Assembly (NCBI GenBank): GCA_035531115.1
Contig: DATKTP010000243.1
Coordinates: 23,433 to 47,432, forward strand
Direction of reading: 5' to 3'
Length of the DNA stretch: 24,000 nt
From: Candidatus Deferrimicrobium sp.
Lineage (GTDB): Archaea > Asgardarchaeota > Lokiarchaeia > Helarchaeales > HEL-GB-A
Shown here piece after piece: positions 6,467-15,681 of the stretch. The translations under genes and the position numbers were made by a program. Under the pieces are notes generated by a model. The model was not told the DNA's origin. It was given only the letters and a program-made list of their open reading frames with translations, and made no database searches. Position 1 is the stretch's first letter, and each line of letters opens with the position of its first letter.

Positions 6467-9400
6467 ATGCAAGAATGTAGTGAGAAAATTCAGGAATATT
6501 TTACAGCGTTAAAAGAGGGGATTACACGTATATACGATATTGCAAAAAAAGCTAGGACTATTGGAATAGATCCGACTAACTTTCCTGAAATATTTCCTGC
6601 AATGGATCTTGCATCACGCGTAGAAGCATTATTAGGACCAAAAGGAGTGGCAAATAGAATAAGATTATTTAATGAAAAACAAGATAGAGAGGAGACTGCT
6701 TTTAAGATAGCAGAAGAAATAGTTAATGGCAAATATATGGAATGGGTAGAAGATAAAGAGGAAAATGGTAAATATGAGATGATGGAGAAAGATGAAATTG
6801 CTGCCTTGGCAACACGCGTTGCGCTCTCTATATTGACGGGAGGAATAACCGCAGCACCTCTCGAAGGGATTTCAGATGTCAAAATTCGAGAAAATTTTGA
6901 TAGGACTCGATATTTAGCGATTTATTTTGCAGGTCCGATAAGATCCGCTGGAGGAACTGAAGCAGCCCTTGCTGTTTTAGTAGGCGATTGGGTAAGAACC
7001 TTATTAAAACTTGATAAATATAAACCAATTAATAAGGAAGTTGAACGATATGTGGAAGAGGTTCAAGCTTATAAAAGAGAGGTTAATTTACAATATCCTT
7101 CAAGTTCAGAAGAAATTCGTGCGGCATCTATGAATATTCCAGTGGAAATAACAGGAGAGCCAACAGAAACGGTAGAAGTTTCAGGTTATAGAGACTTAAA
7201 GCGTGTGGAAACAAATAAATTGAGGGGTGGGGCATGTCTTGTTCTGAATGATGGAATAATCGGAAAGGCACATAAATTAAAGAGAATTGTAGAAAAATTA
7301 AAAATAACAGGTTGGGATTGGTTAGAAAACCTTCAAGCAAAAAAATCTTCAGAAAACGAGGAATCAGAAGAAAAAATTCCACCAAAATATAAATTTATTG
7401 CGAAGGTAATTACAGGTCGCCCAGTATTTGCATATCCTTCTAAAGTTGGAGGATTTAGAGTAAGATATGGGCGATCTCGAAATACGGGTTTCGCAGCAGT
7501 TGGCCTAAATCCTTCCACGATGTTTTTATTGGATAATTTTTTAGTACCCGGAACGCAGTTCATAACGGAAAGACCTGGTAAAGGGTCTATTGTGCTTCCG
7601 GTTGACTCCATAGAAGGGCCAATTGTTCAATTAAAAGGGGGGCAAGTTTTACAAATTAATACCGTTCAAGAAGCTCATGATCTGAAAGATAAGGTGGAGA
7701 AATTTATTTATTTAGGTGATTGCCTCATTGGATTCGGGGAATTTTTAGAAAATGGACATATTTTAATTCCAGCGGGTTATTGTGAAGAATGGTGGAGCGA
7801 AGAATTAAGATTTGCTATAGAGAAAATGTATGCAGATATTAATGCATCGGCAAAGGATTTATCGATTTCACTTGATGATTTAAAAGGTTTCATTGAAAAT
7901 CCATTCTTTCAAATCCCAAATGAGGAACAAACATTATTATTATCAAGTAAATTGCAGATACCGATTCATCCAAAATACAATTTGTTTTGGGGAAGTGTAT
8001 CAGACCATGATTTAATTTTTTTACAAAAATATTTGAAGGCTGGAATAATAGAGCAGAACCCGCCTTTAATTAAATGTAATTATGAGTTAAGAGTAAAGGA
8101 ACTTCTTGAAAAATTAGGTATTCCTCATAAGCTACATGATAATCAAATCATTTTATCGATAAATATTAAAATTATTAAAGAAATATTTGCACTAGATACG
8201 GAAGCTTTTGAATATACGCATCCGACAAAGCAAAATCGTTGGAAAGGATCGATCTCAACTTATGCAATTCGGGATCGGGCGCCCTATTATATCGGAGGGC
8301 GCATGGGACGTCCTGAAAAGGCTAAAGGACGTGAATTTTTTCATATTCTTTTTCCAGTGGGAATAGCTGGAGGAAATAGACGCAGTTTGATAAAAGCTTC
8401 CGAAGCGAAAAAAGTAAATGTTGAAATCACTTATCGCGAATGTCCGCAATGTGGAATAAAAACTTTCTTGTATAAATGCGCTAAATGCAATAAAAGAACA
8501 GTATCCATTCGTAAATGCTCACAACTTAATTGTCAGACAAAGACTGAAGAAGAATTTTGCCCCAGATGTGGTAATATTACAAGAACTTACGAAAAACGAG
8601 AACTTCCTATCAAAAAACTACTCCTTAATCGATTAACAAAATTAAATGAACCTATGCCTAAGGAAATTAAAGGTGTAAAAGGGTTAATGAGTCAAGGAAA
8701 AACCCCCGAGATTCTTGAAAAGGGAATACTTCGAGCAAAATATAATCTTTTCACTTATCGAGATGGAACAATTCGTTTCGATGCAACTGATGCACCGCTC
8801 ACGCATTTTTCCCCCATAGAAACTGGCGTTTCCATCTCACAGTTAAAGGATTTAGGTTATACTCACGATTATTTGGGAGCTCCACTTACAACTCAGGATC
8901 AGATTTTAGAGTTAAAGGTTCAGGATATCGTCGTTCCGATTGCAGGTGCAGAATTTTTAATAAAAGTGGCAAATTTTATCGATGATCTCTTAGTTAAAGT
9001 ATATAACTTGGATCCATTTTACAAAATATCTAAAAAGGAAGAATTAATTGGACATCTAGTAATTGGACTGGCACCACACATTTCAGCAGGTGTGGTTGGA
9101 AGGATTATTGGGTTTACTACTGCAAAACTGTGTTACGCTCACCCTTACTGGCATTCTGCGAAAAGGCGGAACTGTGATGGTGACGAGGATACAATAATTT
9201 TAGGATTAGATGCGGTACTTAATTTCTCAAGAAGTTATCTCCCGCAGAAGAGAGGAGGGATGATGGATGCGCCGCTAGTTCTCACGTCACAACTCAATCC
9301 GAGTGAAATTGATGATGAAGTGTATAATATGGAAGTGGGAAGTCGATTTCCAATTGATTTCTATGAAAAAACATTGGAATACGAAGAGCCAAAAAAAATT

Positions 9401-9922
9401 CAAAAAATAATTGATATTGTAGATCATCGGATAGGATATGAATCTCAATTTGAAGGATTTAGTTTCACCCATCCTACAAGTAATATAAATACTGGGCCTG
9501 AAATTTCACGCTATAAAGAATTGAAATCGGTTAGGGAAAAGGTGTATGCCCAATTAGAGTTAGCGGTAAAAACAGAGGCAGCAGATGCGCAAGATGAAGC
9601 TCGTCGTCTTCTACATACACATTTCATTCCAGACATTATTGGAAATTTGAGATCATTTGCAACTCAAAAATTTCGGTGTATTAAGTGCAATACGAAGTAT
9701 CGGCGTCTCCCATTAGCGAACCAATGTTTAAAGTGTGGGGGAAAAATAATCCTTACGGTAACAGAAGGAGGAATTACGAAATACTTGGGACTCTCTCTGG
9801 AGATTGTAGATAAATATAAATTGGATACATATACAAAACAGAGGCTGCTTCTTGCGGAGGATTATGTCGATTCAATTTTCACAAGTGATAAAGGACGCCA
9901 ATTGAAGTTAGATAAATTTTAA
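6467..9922 (+). CDS. polC: DNA polymerase II (family D) large catalytic subunit DP2
   Basis: 1151 aa. It carries several PolD DP2 hallmarks: YFAGPIRSAGGTEAA, GRPVFAYPSKVGGFRVRYGRSRNTG, GGRMGRPEKA, internal Cys clusters (CPQCG...CAKCN...CPRCG), NCDGDEDT, and a C-terminal zinc finger CIKCN...CLKCGG. Its length argues against an intein. Confidence 0.95.
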   Translation: MQECSEKIQEYFTALKEGITRIYDIAKKARTIGIDPTNFPEIFPAMDLASRVEALLGPKGVANRIRLFNEKQDREETAFKIAEEIVNGKYMEWVEDKEENGKYEMMEKDEIAALATRVALSILTGGITAAPLEGISDVKIRENFDRTRYLAIYFAGPIRSAGGTEAALAVLVGDWVRTLLKLDKYKPINKEVERYVEEVQAYKREVNLQYPSSSEEIRAASMNIPVEITGEPTETVEVSGYRDLKRVETNKLRGGACLVLNDGIIGKAHKLKRIVEKLKITGWDWLENLQAKKSSENEESEEKIPPKYKFIAKVITGRPVFAYPSKVGGFRVRYGRSRNTGFAAVGLNPSTMFLLDNFLVPGTQFITERPGKGSIVLPVDSIEGPIVQLKGGQVLQINTVQEAHDLKDKVEKFIYLGDCLIGFGEFLENGHILIPAGYCEEWWSEELRFAIEKMYADINASAKDLSISLDDLKGFIENPFFQIPNEEQTLLLSSKLQIPIHPKYNLFWGSVSDHDLIFLQKYLKAGIIEQNPPLIKCNYELRVKELLEKLGIPHKLHDNQIILSINIKIIKEIFALDTEAFEYTHPTKQNRWKGSISTYAIRDRAPYYIGGRMGRPEKAKGREFFHILFPVGIAGGNRRSLIKASEAKKVNVEITYRECPQCGIKTFLYKCAKCNKRTVSIRKCSQLNCQTKTEEEFCPRCGNITRTYEKRELPIKKLLLNRLTKLNEPMPKEIKGVKGLMSQGKTPEILEKGILRAKYNLFTYRDGTIRFDATDAPLTHFSPIETGVSISQLKDLGYTHDYLGAPLTTQDQILELKVQDIVVPIAGAEFLIKVANFIDDLLVKVYNLDPFYKISKKEELIGHLVIGLAPHISAGVVGRIIGFTTAKLCYAHPYWHSAKRRNCDGDEDTIILGLDAVLNFSRSYLPQKRGGMMDAPLVLTSQLNPSEIDDEVYNMEVGSRFPIDFYEKTLEYEEPKKIQKIIDIVDHRIGYESQFEGFSFTHPTSNINTGPEISRYKELKSVREKVYAQLELAVKTEAADAQDEARRLLHTHFIPDIIGNLRSFATQKFRCIKCNTKYRRLPLANQCLKCGGKIILTVTEGGITKYLGLSLEIVDKYKLDTYTKQRLLLAEDYVDSIFTSDKGRQLKLDKF

Positions 9923-9926
9923 TTCT

Positions 9927-10763
9927 TCAATTTTTATTTTGAACTGTTGTTACAATGGTCACATCGTCAATTAGACCAATTAATTCGCCCCTCGCATCTA
10001 GAACTGGAATTTGATCGATTTTATTTTTCCACATTTTATTTGCGCATTCAGAAATACTGGTGAATTCATTAATAGTAATGATATTTTTGACCATAACATC
10101 TCGTACCGGCCTATTTGGCATCTTTAATTTCTTTTTGGTAATTAAAAGGATATCACTTGTTTCCCATGACCACTCCTTGTCCGATGAAGAGGAAATGGAA
10201 GAAGCTTTTTCTTCGGAAATGATTTTACTTTCTCTGATGAAATCTACATCAGAAATGATTCCGGTGAGTGCTTCATTTTCATCAATACAGGGAAGGGTTC
10301 GAATTTTTCCTAGGCGCATTATAGCTGGGACAGCGTTAAGGGGAGTCCCATCCCAGATCACATTAATTTTGGTTTTAATAAGATCCTTTATTGGCGTTTT
10401 AATATTCATGCGGGAGATTGCCTTGATAATATCCCCAATACTAATCATTCCGACAACTTGATTGTTCTCAGTGACTGGAAGTCGGCGTAGGTTTTTTTGG
10501 ATCATGATATCTACTAGTTCTTTGACGGAAATTTGAGGACTTATTTGAACGGGATCTCGCGTCATTAAGAGAGCTATCTGTTCTTCGTCTGGATTAAGAA
10601 GTAAATCTGTCTGAGAAATGATACCCACAATTTCTTTAGTCCCCTTTTTTACAACAGGCATGGCTTTTACATTGTAATTCTGCATTAGTTGGATAACTTC
10701 TTTCCTATTACCCGGTACTTCTGCGTATACCACATCCTTCTGCATAATTTCTTCGACGTTCAT
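9927..10763 (-). CDS. CBS-domain protein (four tandem CBS motifs)
   Basis: Four repeats of the CBS pattern are present, for example ...AMPVVKKGTKEIVGIISQTDLL, ...RLPVTENNQVVGMISIGDII, ...TLPCIDENEALTGIISDVDFI and ...QIPVLDARGELIGLIDDVTIV. Confidence 0.85.
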   Translation of the reverse strand: MNVEEIMQKDVVYAEVPGNRKEVIQLMQNYNVKAMPVVKKGTKEIVGIISQTDLLLNPDEEQIALLMTRDPVQISPQISVKELVDIMIQKNLRRLPVTENNQVVGMISIGDIIKAISRMNIKTPIKDLIKTKINVIWDGTPLNAVPAIMRLGKIRTLPCIDENEALTGIISDVDFIRESKIISEEKASSISSSSDKEWSWETSDILLITKKKLKMPNRPVRDVMVKNIITINEFTSISECANKMWKNKIDQIPVLDARGELIGLIDDVTIVTTVQNKN

Positions 10764-10888
10764 CTAATACATCTCCAGTCAGTTGAATTATATGAGACTA
10801 GTTCCTTCCATTATGAAAATGAGTTAATACTGAAGAATTTATTTCGTTTCAAAGCTTTAAAGTTTTTCTCCTTTTATTTTCTAAAAAA

Positions 10889-11203
10889 TTATTTAAACTC
10901 ACAGCCACATGGATTTTTTCTACATTTCGGACAAATTAGTGGATATTTTTGAGATAAAGCTTTCTCTAAATCTATTTGAAGTATGTTTGCCAATGATGTA
11001 ACCCATGCTATTACGTCAGCAATTTCCATTTCTATGTCTTTTAATTTATTTGTATCTTTATTTTGTACATTATAGTCCCGTAAAGTCTCTGCTAATTCTC
11101 CAACTTCCTCAATAATCCATAAAAAAGTTTTGAACACACCGCGTGTCCTATCACGTTCAAAATATAACGACCTCATTAAATTTTGGAATTCGTGTATTTG
11201 CAT
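10889..11203 (-). CDS. MazG-like nucleoside triphosphate pyrophosphohydrolase domain protein
   Basis: 104 aa. It has the EExxE-type motif IIEEVGELAETL and a second acidic helix EMEIADVIAWV, typical of the all-alpha MazG family. A C-terminal Cys cluster CPKCRKNPCGC is present. Confidence 0.75.
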   Translation of the reverse strand: MQIHEFQNLMRSLYFERDRTRGVFKTFLWIIEEVGELAETLRDYNVQNKDTNKLKDIEMEIADVIAWVTSLANILQIDLEKALSQKYPLICPKCRKNPCGCEFK

Positions 11204-11266
11204 GAGTAATAATTAAATAGTTTAATTTATTAAATAGCTTGAATCTCATTTTAAAAGGTACCACAG

Positions 11267-11458
11267 ATGTCAAAGAAAAAATCAAAGCGATCGCGGCGTC
11301 GAGGAAGAGAAGGGCCAATGCCCTTTGCAGGAGCTGGATTAATTCGCTTTTTTGAAGAAGAATCAAGCGGTGTAAAAGTGGGACCAATTGTGACTGCTAT
11401 TATTTCCTTAATCTTAATAATTGCAGTAGCAATCGGGAATGCAGTATTTCAGGTCTAA
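11267..11458 (+). CDS. secG: Preprotein translocase subunit Sec61-beta (archaeal SecG)
   Basis: 63 aa with a basic N-terminus. It contains GAGLIRFFEEE..GVKVGP followed by a single C-terminal TM (IVTAIISLILIIAVAIGNAVF), which is the tail-anchored Sec61-beta architecture. Confidence 0.8.
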   Translation: MSKKKSKRSRRRGREGPMPFAGAGLIRFFEEESSGVKVGPIVTAIISLILIIAVAIGNAVFQV

Positions 11459-11495
11459 GAATAAAAAAGAAAATCTTTTTAATTTTTCTTATGAA

Positions 11496-12125
11496 TTAGT
11501 CAGGTTCTGTTAATTTTCGTAATTCCTCGAGGTCCTTTCGCGCTTTCTCTTTTCGAGAAATAGGCTCTGCGGGCTCTTCTGCAGGAATATCTGGTAGAGG
11601 GCCTTCTCCTAAGATTAATTCTGCTTCAAATCGGGAGAGTTCCTGATTAGCTTCAAGGTCTGAATCAAGTTCGTCTGTACTTGACATTTCAGCATAAATT
11701 TCGCCTACTTGGTCGATTTCTGCCATAGCAGCATCAGCTTCAGCGGCAACTTGCTCTGCTTTTTCGATGTTAATGTCTTTTTGTATAGTTTTCATTTCCT
11801 GCAGACCTATTTTAACCGCATTATCAACGCCTTTGATATCTTCCGCCTGATCAATGACAATAATCATATTTTCCAAACGTGAAGCATAATTTACGTAACG
11901 TTCAGCATATTTATTTAATCTGGACCATTTAACTAGTGCTTGTTTCGACGCTCGCTTGTTTCCACTCTTATAATATTGTTTCGCTTTATAATAATCCATT
12001 TGGGCTCGTTTTTTAAAGGCTCGCTCTCGTAACTCGATTTTATTAATCATTTGTCTCAATTGAGTGATAGTACTTTCCTTATCTTTTTTACCTCGTCCAG
12101 GTAATAACTTTTTCATGAAAGACAA
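11496..12125 (-). CDS. ESCRT-III subunit, Vps20/32/60 (Snf7/CHMP4-7)-like
   Basis: 209 aa. By eye it aligns to Snf7/CHMP4: NKRASKQALVKWSRLNKYAERYV...LENMIIVIDQAEDIKGVDNAVKIGLQEMKTIQKDINIEKAEQVAAEADAAMAEIDQV versus NKRAALQALKRKKRYEKQL...LE..NTNTEVLKNMGYAAKAMK...MDIDKVDELMQDI. It has an acidic C-terminal half and terminal Pro-rich and LxxLRKL motifs. Confidence 0.85.
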   Translation of the reverse strand: MSFMKKLLPGRGKKDKESTITQLRQMINKIELRERAFKKRAQMDYYKAKQYYKSGNKRASKQALVKWSRLNKYAERYVNYASRLENMIIVIDQAEDIKGVDNAVKIGLQEMKTIQKDINIEKAEQVAAEADAAMAEIDQVGEIYAEMSSTDELDSDLEANQELSRFEAELILGEGPLPDIPAEEPAEPISRKEKARKDLEELRKLTEPD

Positions 12126-12200
12126 TCAAATCACATCCTAACGACATTTATTGTAAGTTGTTTCATTAATTTAAACATTTCATAATTATAGTGAATGAAT

Positions 12201-14924
12201 TCATTTTAATTGAGTAGTAAGTGAATTAAAAAGGGCTTCAATTTGTTGTATATCGGGTTGTTTTGGGGTAGTAACAACGAAAACAATGAGGGATTGAGTT
12301 GATTCAATTATTTTTGCGATCGAAAAAGCGATTTTAAATCCTTCTTTTGAAATGAGAAATACTGGTAAATCAGTATCAGAAATTATTTTGTCAATAACCC
12401 ATCCTTTTTGAAGAAGTGCATCTTGGATATGAGTTATTATAAGGGATGGAGTTTCGGAAAGAGTTTTGATGAAAATTTTTTCATGCAAATTAGAAGACCC
12501 GACGGGATAAAGATGTTTTCGATATTTATAAAGAAGTAGGCGTTTCATATAATCTTCAAGTTGATTTTTAGGAAGATTAATTTCGAAAAAAGGAGTTTTA
12601 GATTCACTAAGATCTTGAACTTTCATATCATCTTGTAATGGTGATGATGGGGAACTTGGAGGCAGTGTAATAAAGGTGGTCTCATCGGAGGGCTTTTCAG
12701 GAGAGCTGGGTGTTAAACTAGAAAGGTCAGGTATTTCAGGAACATCAGGGCGTATAATAATTGGTCTATCCATTTGATCTATAATTTTCGGAAGGCTTTC
12801 TCTACCTGCATGTTGGCTGATCCGTGGACGGATGCGAGCAACAAAGATGCGATTTGTCGTGATTGATTCATCGGCAATCACGCATACCCCTACTGGAAGA
12901 CTACGGAAAAAGGCAGCATCGTTTACTTCATGGGGGACATTACCAGGGGCACGATGAACAAAAGAATCTATATCTGAGGAGTACGTGAGAAAATGGCAAA
13001 AAGATTTGTCTAATTGGGAAAGAATTTGTACATTGGTTGCACTCGGTTGTTGAGTACAAAGAACTAATCCGCACCCTGGTTTTCGGCCTAATTTTGCATA
13101 TTGGACAAGGGGTTCTGATGCCGCTGTATTTCCACGTGCTGGTGCGAGAAGATGGGCTTCATCAATGAGAATCCAAGTTATTGGAATACTCTCAATTGCT
13201 TCACCCTCATCGATAGAAATTTTAGCAGCTTCAACTTGGCGGGATATTTGAAGCCGAGCACGAAGCACTTTTCGTGCGAGAATTCCAGTAATTAATGCAT
13301 GAAGATTTTGGTCGAGCACGCTCACATCTACAATTGATATTTGATTGGGTCTTGACAATTCAATAAGGGGTGTTCCTTCATCTGAAAAAATACCCCATTC
13401 TTTGGCAATTTCAAATCGCGAGACCATAGCCCTTCGGGTTTGACGTGTAAAGCCCTTATCCTTGTCGGTAACAAATGTAGAGGTGTTCATACAACGAATT
13501 ATATCTTCGAGAGAATACTTATCCCCTTTTCCTTTCACTTTTACTATAGAATCTTTCAATTCGGCTTGAAATCCTTCCTGAACTAATTTAATCGTTTTTT
13601 CAATAAGGATACCACGTGGACTAAACCGACTGACATCGAAAACATAACACCAATCATCAACACTTAACTCTGAGGGTCTAATGGAGAAGGATTCATCTTT
13701 TGTTTCCTTAGGTGTTAAATTAAAGTGCCCTAAGGGAACAAATACTTTTACATTTTCTTGAAAAGATTTTGGTTCTAGATTCCATTTTTCTAGAATTTTA
13801 CGTTCTTTTTCCTCCCAATTTGCGTATTTCATACTCCAATAAACGCCAAGGGGATCCAGGATAATAACTCCAATACCTATCTGCGCCGTAGCTAGTTCTT
13901 CGGCAATAACACCCATCGTATAACTTTTACCACTTCCACGATGCCCCGATATAAAAATTACATGAGGTTGAGTACAATCAAGTAAGAGTGTTCGACCATA
14001 GTGCCCTAATCCGTGAGCAGGGCGTTCCGAAATTTTCCCAATGTTAAGAGTCCCCTTCAAGCCAATTTTCCGATGCAACCCTTCAGAACGCCCAATTACA
14101 ACAGCTCCGGTCTCATTATCAACCAATAATTTTAAATGTTCTTTAATATGGGGGGTAAAGGTATTGAAAATTTCCTCATCCCAGATTTTCGTCTCTCCGA
14201 GAACATAAGCTAACGCCAGATGAATGGTTTCAAAATCTGAGACTTCATTCTCAAGAAGTAGATCAACTTTAGCCTTGCAAAATCGACGAAATTCCGGCGT
14301 ATTGGGATATTGATCCGGTTGAAAGTCCGAGACTTCCCAAATATAGTAATCGAGGCTATCACCTTTCGAGAGGTTTTCTTTCGGTATAATCAGTTCATAA
14401 GCTTGAGTGAGGATTGCTTCATCTCGGGTTATAAGATAACAAATGGTCAAGCACTTTATCTTTTCAATGCCCGTAACGTTATTTAAATTTTCTAAAAGCT
14501 GTATCCTATATTTTTCTTCTTTGGTCTTCTCCAATGCTTGATAGAGAATAATTGAACTGCCAGGACTGGGGGATTCCTCTTCATATACATGATTAAAGAG
14601 GACATCTGGAATTCTTTTTAGAAAGGGAAATTCTTCAATTCGTAAGGTGGCAATCATAGCATGTTGAAGCTTATTCGCCGAGATCGGATCCTCTCGTAAT
14701 AATTTAATAAGCCAATCTTCAATATCCACATCAGGTAAAATCTCCTTGATTAATTTTAAAATGGTATCTCTCAAATTCTGCAGATGCTGAATATCACTCA
14801 CTAAATTATATTGTAATATATAAATATCCAATAATAGAATTTGTTCTTTTAGTGATTTGGGAACAAGATCCCGAACTTTATTAAAAACTTTGATGATATC
14901 GTTATGTTCTATCACATAATTCAC
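12201..14924 (-). CDS. HerA/FtsK-superfamily (DUF87-type) P-loop ATPase with a unique N-terminal helical domain (about 270 aa) and a C-terminal linker plus alpha/beta domain (about 180 aa)
   Basis: Walker A is HVIFISGHRGSGKSYTMGVIAEEL (nt 13923-13946). Walker B is ITWILIDEAHLLAP (nt 13152-13175). GCGLVLCTQQPSATN, SRFSPRG and RIRPRISQHAGRE are typical of HerA-like DUF87 ATPases. No TM segments were seen. Confidence 0.8.
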   Translation of the reverse strand: MNYVIEHNDIIKVFNKVRDLVPKSLKEQILLLDIYILQYNLVSDIQHLQNLRDTILKLIKEILPDVDIEDWLIKLLREDPISANKLQHAMIATLRIEEFPFLKRIPDVLFNHVYEEESPSPGSSIILYQALEKTKEEKYRIQLLENLNNVTGIEKIKCLTICYLITRDEAILTQAYELIIPKENLSKGDSLDYYIWEVSDFQPDQYPNTPEFRRFCKAKVDLLLENEVSDFETIHLALAYVLGETKIWDEEIFNTFTPHIKEHLKLLVDNETGAVVIGRSEGLHRKIGLKGTLNIGKISERPAHGLGHYGRTLLLDCTQPHVIFISGHRGSGKSYTMGVIAEELATAQIGIGVIILDPLGVYWSMKYANWEEKERKILEKWNLEPKSFQENVKVFVPLGHFNLTPKETKDESFSIRPSELSVDDWCYVFDVSRFSPRGILIEKTIKLVQEGFQAELKDSIVKVKGKGDKYSLEDIIRCMNTSTFVTDKDKGFTRQTRRAMVSRFEIAKEWGIFSDEGTPLIELSRPNQISIVDVSVLDQNLHALITGILARKVLRARLQISRQVEAAKISIDEGEAIESIPITWILIDEAHLLAPARGNTAASEPLVQYAKLGRKPGCGLVLCTQQPSATNVQILSQLDKSFCHFLTYSSDIDSFVHRAPGNVPHEVNDAAFFRSLPVGVCVIADESITTNRIFVARIRPRISQHAGRESLPKIIDQMDRPIIIRPDVPEIPDLSSLTPSSPEKPSDETTFITLPPSSPSSPLQDDMKVQDLSESKTPFFEINLPKNQLEDYMKRLLLYKYRKHLYPVGSSNLHEKIFIKTLSETPSLIITHIQDALLQKGWVIDKIISDTDLPVFLISKEGFKIAFSIAKIIESTQSLIVFVVTTPKQPDIQQIEALFNSLTTQLK

Positions 14925-14996
14925 CTAATATAACAAAAAAAATGCCTTTTATTACTATTAACGAGATTCTGAAAAAAAGGAAAGGCATCGAGCTTT

Positions 14997-15617
14997 TTAC
15001 CGTTCTTCTTTGATTTTTCGAATCTCTTCCTCTAATTTTTGAATTCGAGTATCTGCTGGAGTTGATGGTAGCGCGACTCCCGTTTCTACTGCAATTTCTT
15101 GATTAATTTCTTCCATTGTTTTTTGGACATCAGTATCAGTTATTTCTGTTGAAACGGTTATCTCTTCTAGACCTCCTTGCGCGACTTCTTGTGCCATCTC
15201 AAAATGTTCGATTTGTGAATCAATACCGTCGACAAGCTGGGCAATATTTTGGGTCCGGACGGAACTTTTCAAAGCACCTAATGCCCGTGTTATTCCTCCT
15301 AATATCTTCGCGGTCTCGGCAACAGCTTGTGATTGCTTCAATTTCATTAATAAATTCATAATATGTAGGCGATACGCATCTATCCCCCAAGCCCACTTCT
15401 GATACCGAACGAAATGCTCTGCATAGAGCTTTGCAGCATCACTGTTCCCATCCATCTGATATTTTTTCGCTTTAGTCCGATTATTTCTTGCCTCTTTTTC
15501 GAGTTGTTTGCGTTGGCGGTCCAACTTTCTCGTAAAAACATCGACCTTGAAGATGATGTCATTTAAATTTGTACCCTTCAGCCAATTCACAAATTTTTTC
15601 CAAGACATTTCAACCAT
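14997..15617 (-). CDS. ESCRT-III subunit, Vps2/24/46 (CHMP1-3)-like
   Basis: 206 aa. By eye it aligns to CHMP2: LDRQRKQLEKEARNNRTKAKKYQMDGNSDAAKLYAEHFVRYQKW versus LDRERQKLETQEKKIIADIKKMAKQGQMDAVRIMAKDLVRTRRY. The C-terminus IQKLEEEIRKIKEER is MIM1-like. An alternative ATG start lies 9 nt downstream (15608). Confidence 0.85.
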   Translation of the reverse strand: MVEMSWKKFVNWLKGTNLNDIIFKVDVFTRKLDRQRKQLEKEARNNRTKAKKYQMDGNSDAAKLYAEHFVRYQKWAWGIDAYRLHIMNLLMKLKQSQAVAETAKILGGITRALGALKSSVRTQNIAQLVDGIDSQIEHFEMAQEVAQGGLEEITVSTEITDTDVQKTMEEINQEIAVETGVALPSTPADTRIQKLEEEIRKIKEER

Positions 15618-15659
15618 CTAGCTTTTAATTACCTTTTAGAATTTGCAATTACCATTAAC

Positions 15660-15681
15660 TTATAGTAAATTTATAGTAAAT
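15660..15681. repeat. Perfect tandem 11-mer x2 (TTATAGTAAAT) in the divergent ESCRT-III/Vps4 control region
   Basis: Read directly: 15660-15670 and 15671-15681 are identical. On the minus strand each unit reads ATTTACTATAA (TATA-like), 43-64 nt upstream of the ESCRT-III (Vps2/24/46-like) start. Confidence 0.6.

Noticed and set aside
6467-9922. Possible intein or mobile insertion in the PolD large subunit
   Set aside because: At 1151 aa the protein is at the short end for DP2. No Cys/Ser...HN-Cys/Ser/Thr splice-junction blocks or homing-endonuclease (LAGLIDADG) motifs were seen.
11212-11237. Repeated ATTAAATAG (11212-11220 and 11229-11237) in the MazG/Sec61-beta divergent spacer
   Set aside because: These are probably just two TATA-like boxes for the divergent promoters. 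They are too short and AT-rich to support a specific claim.
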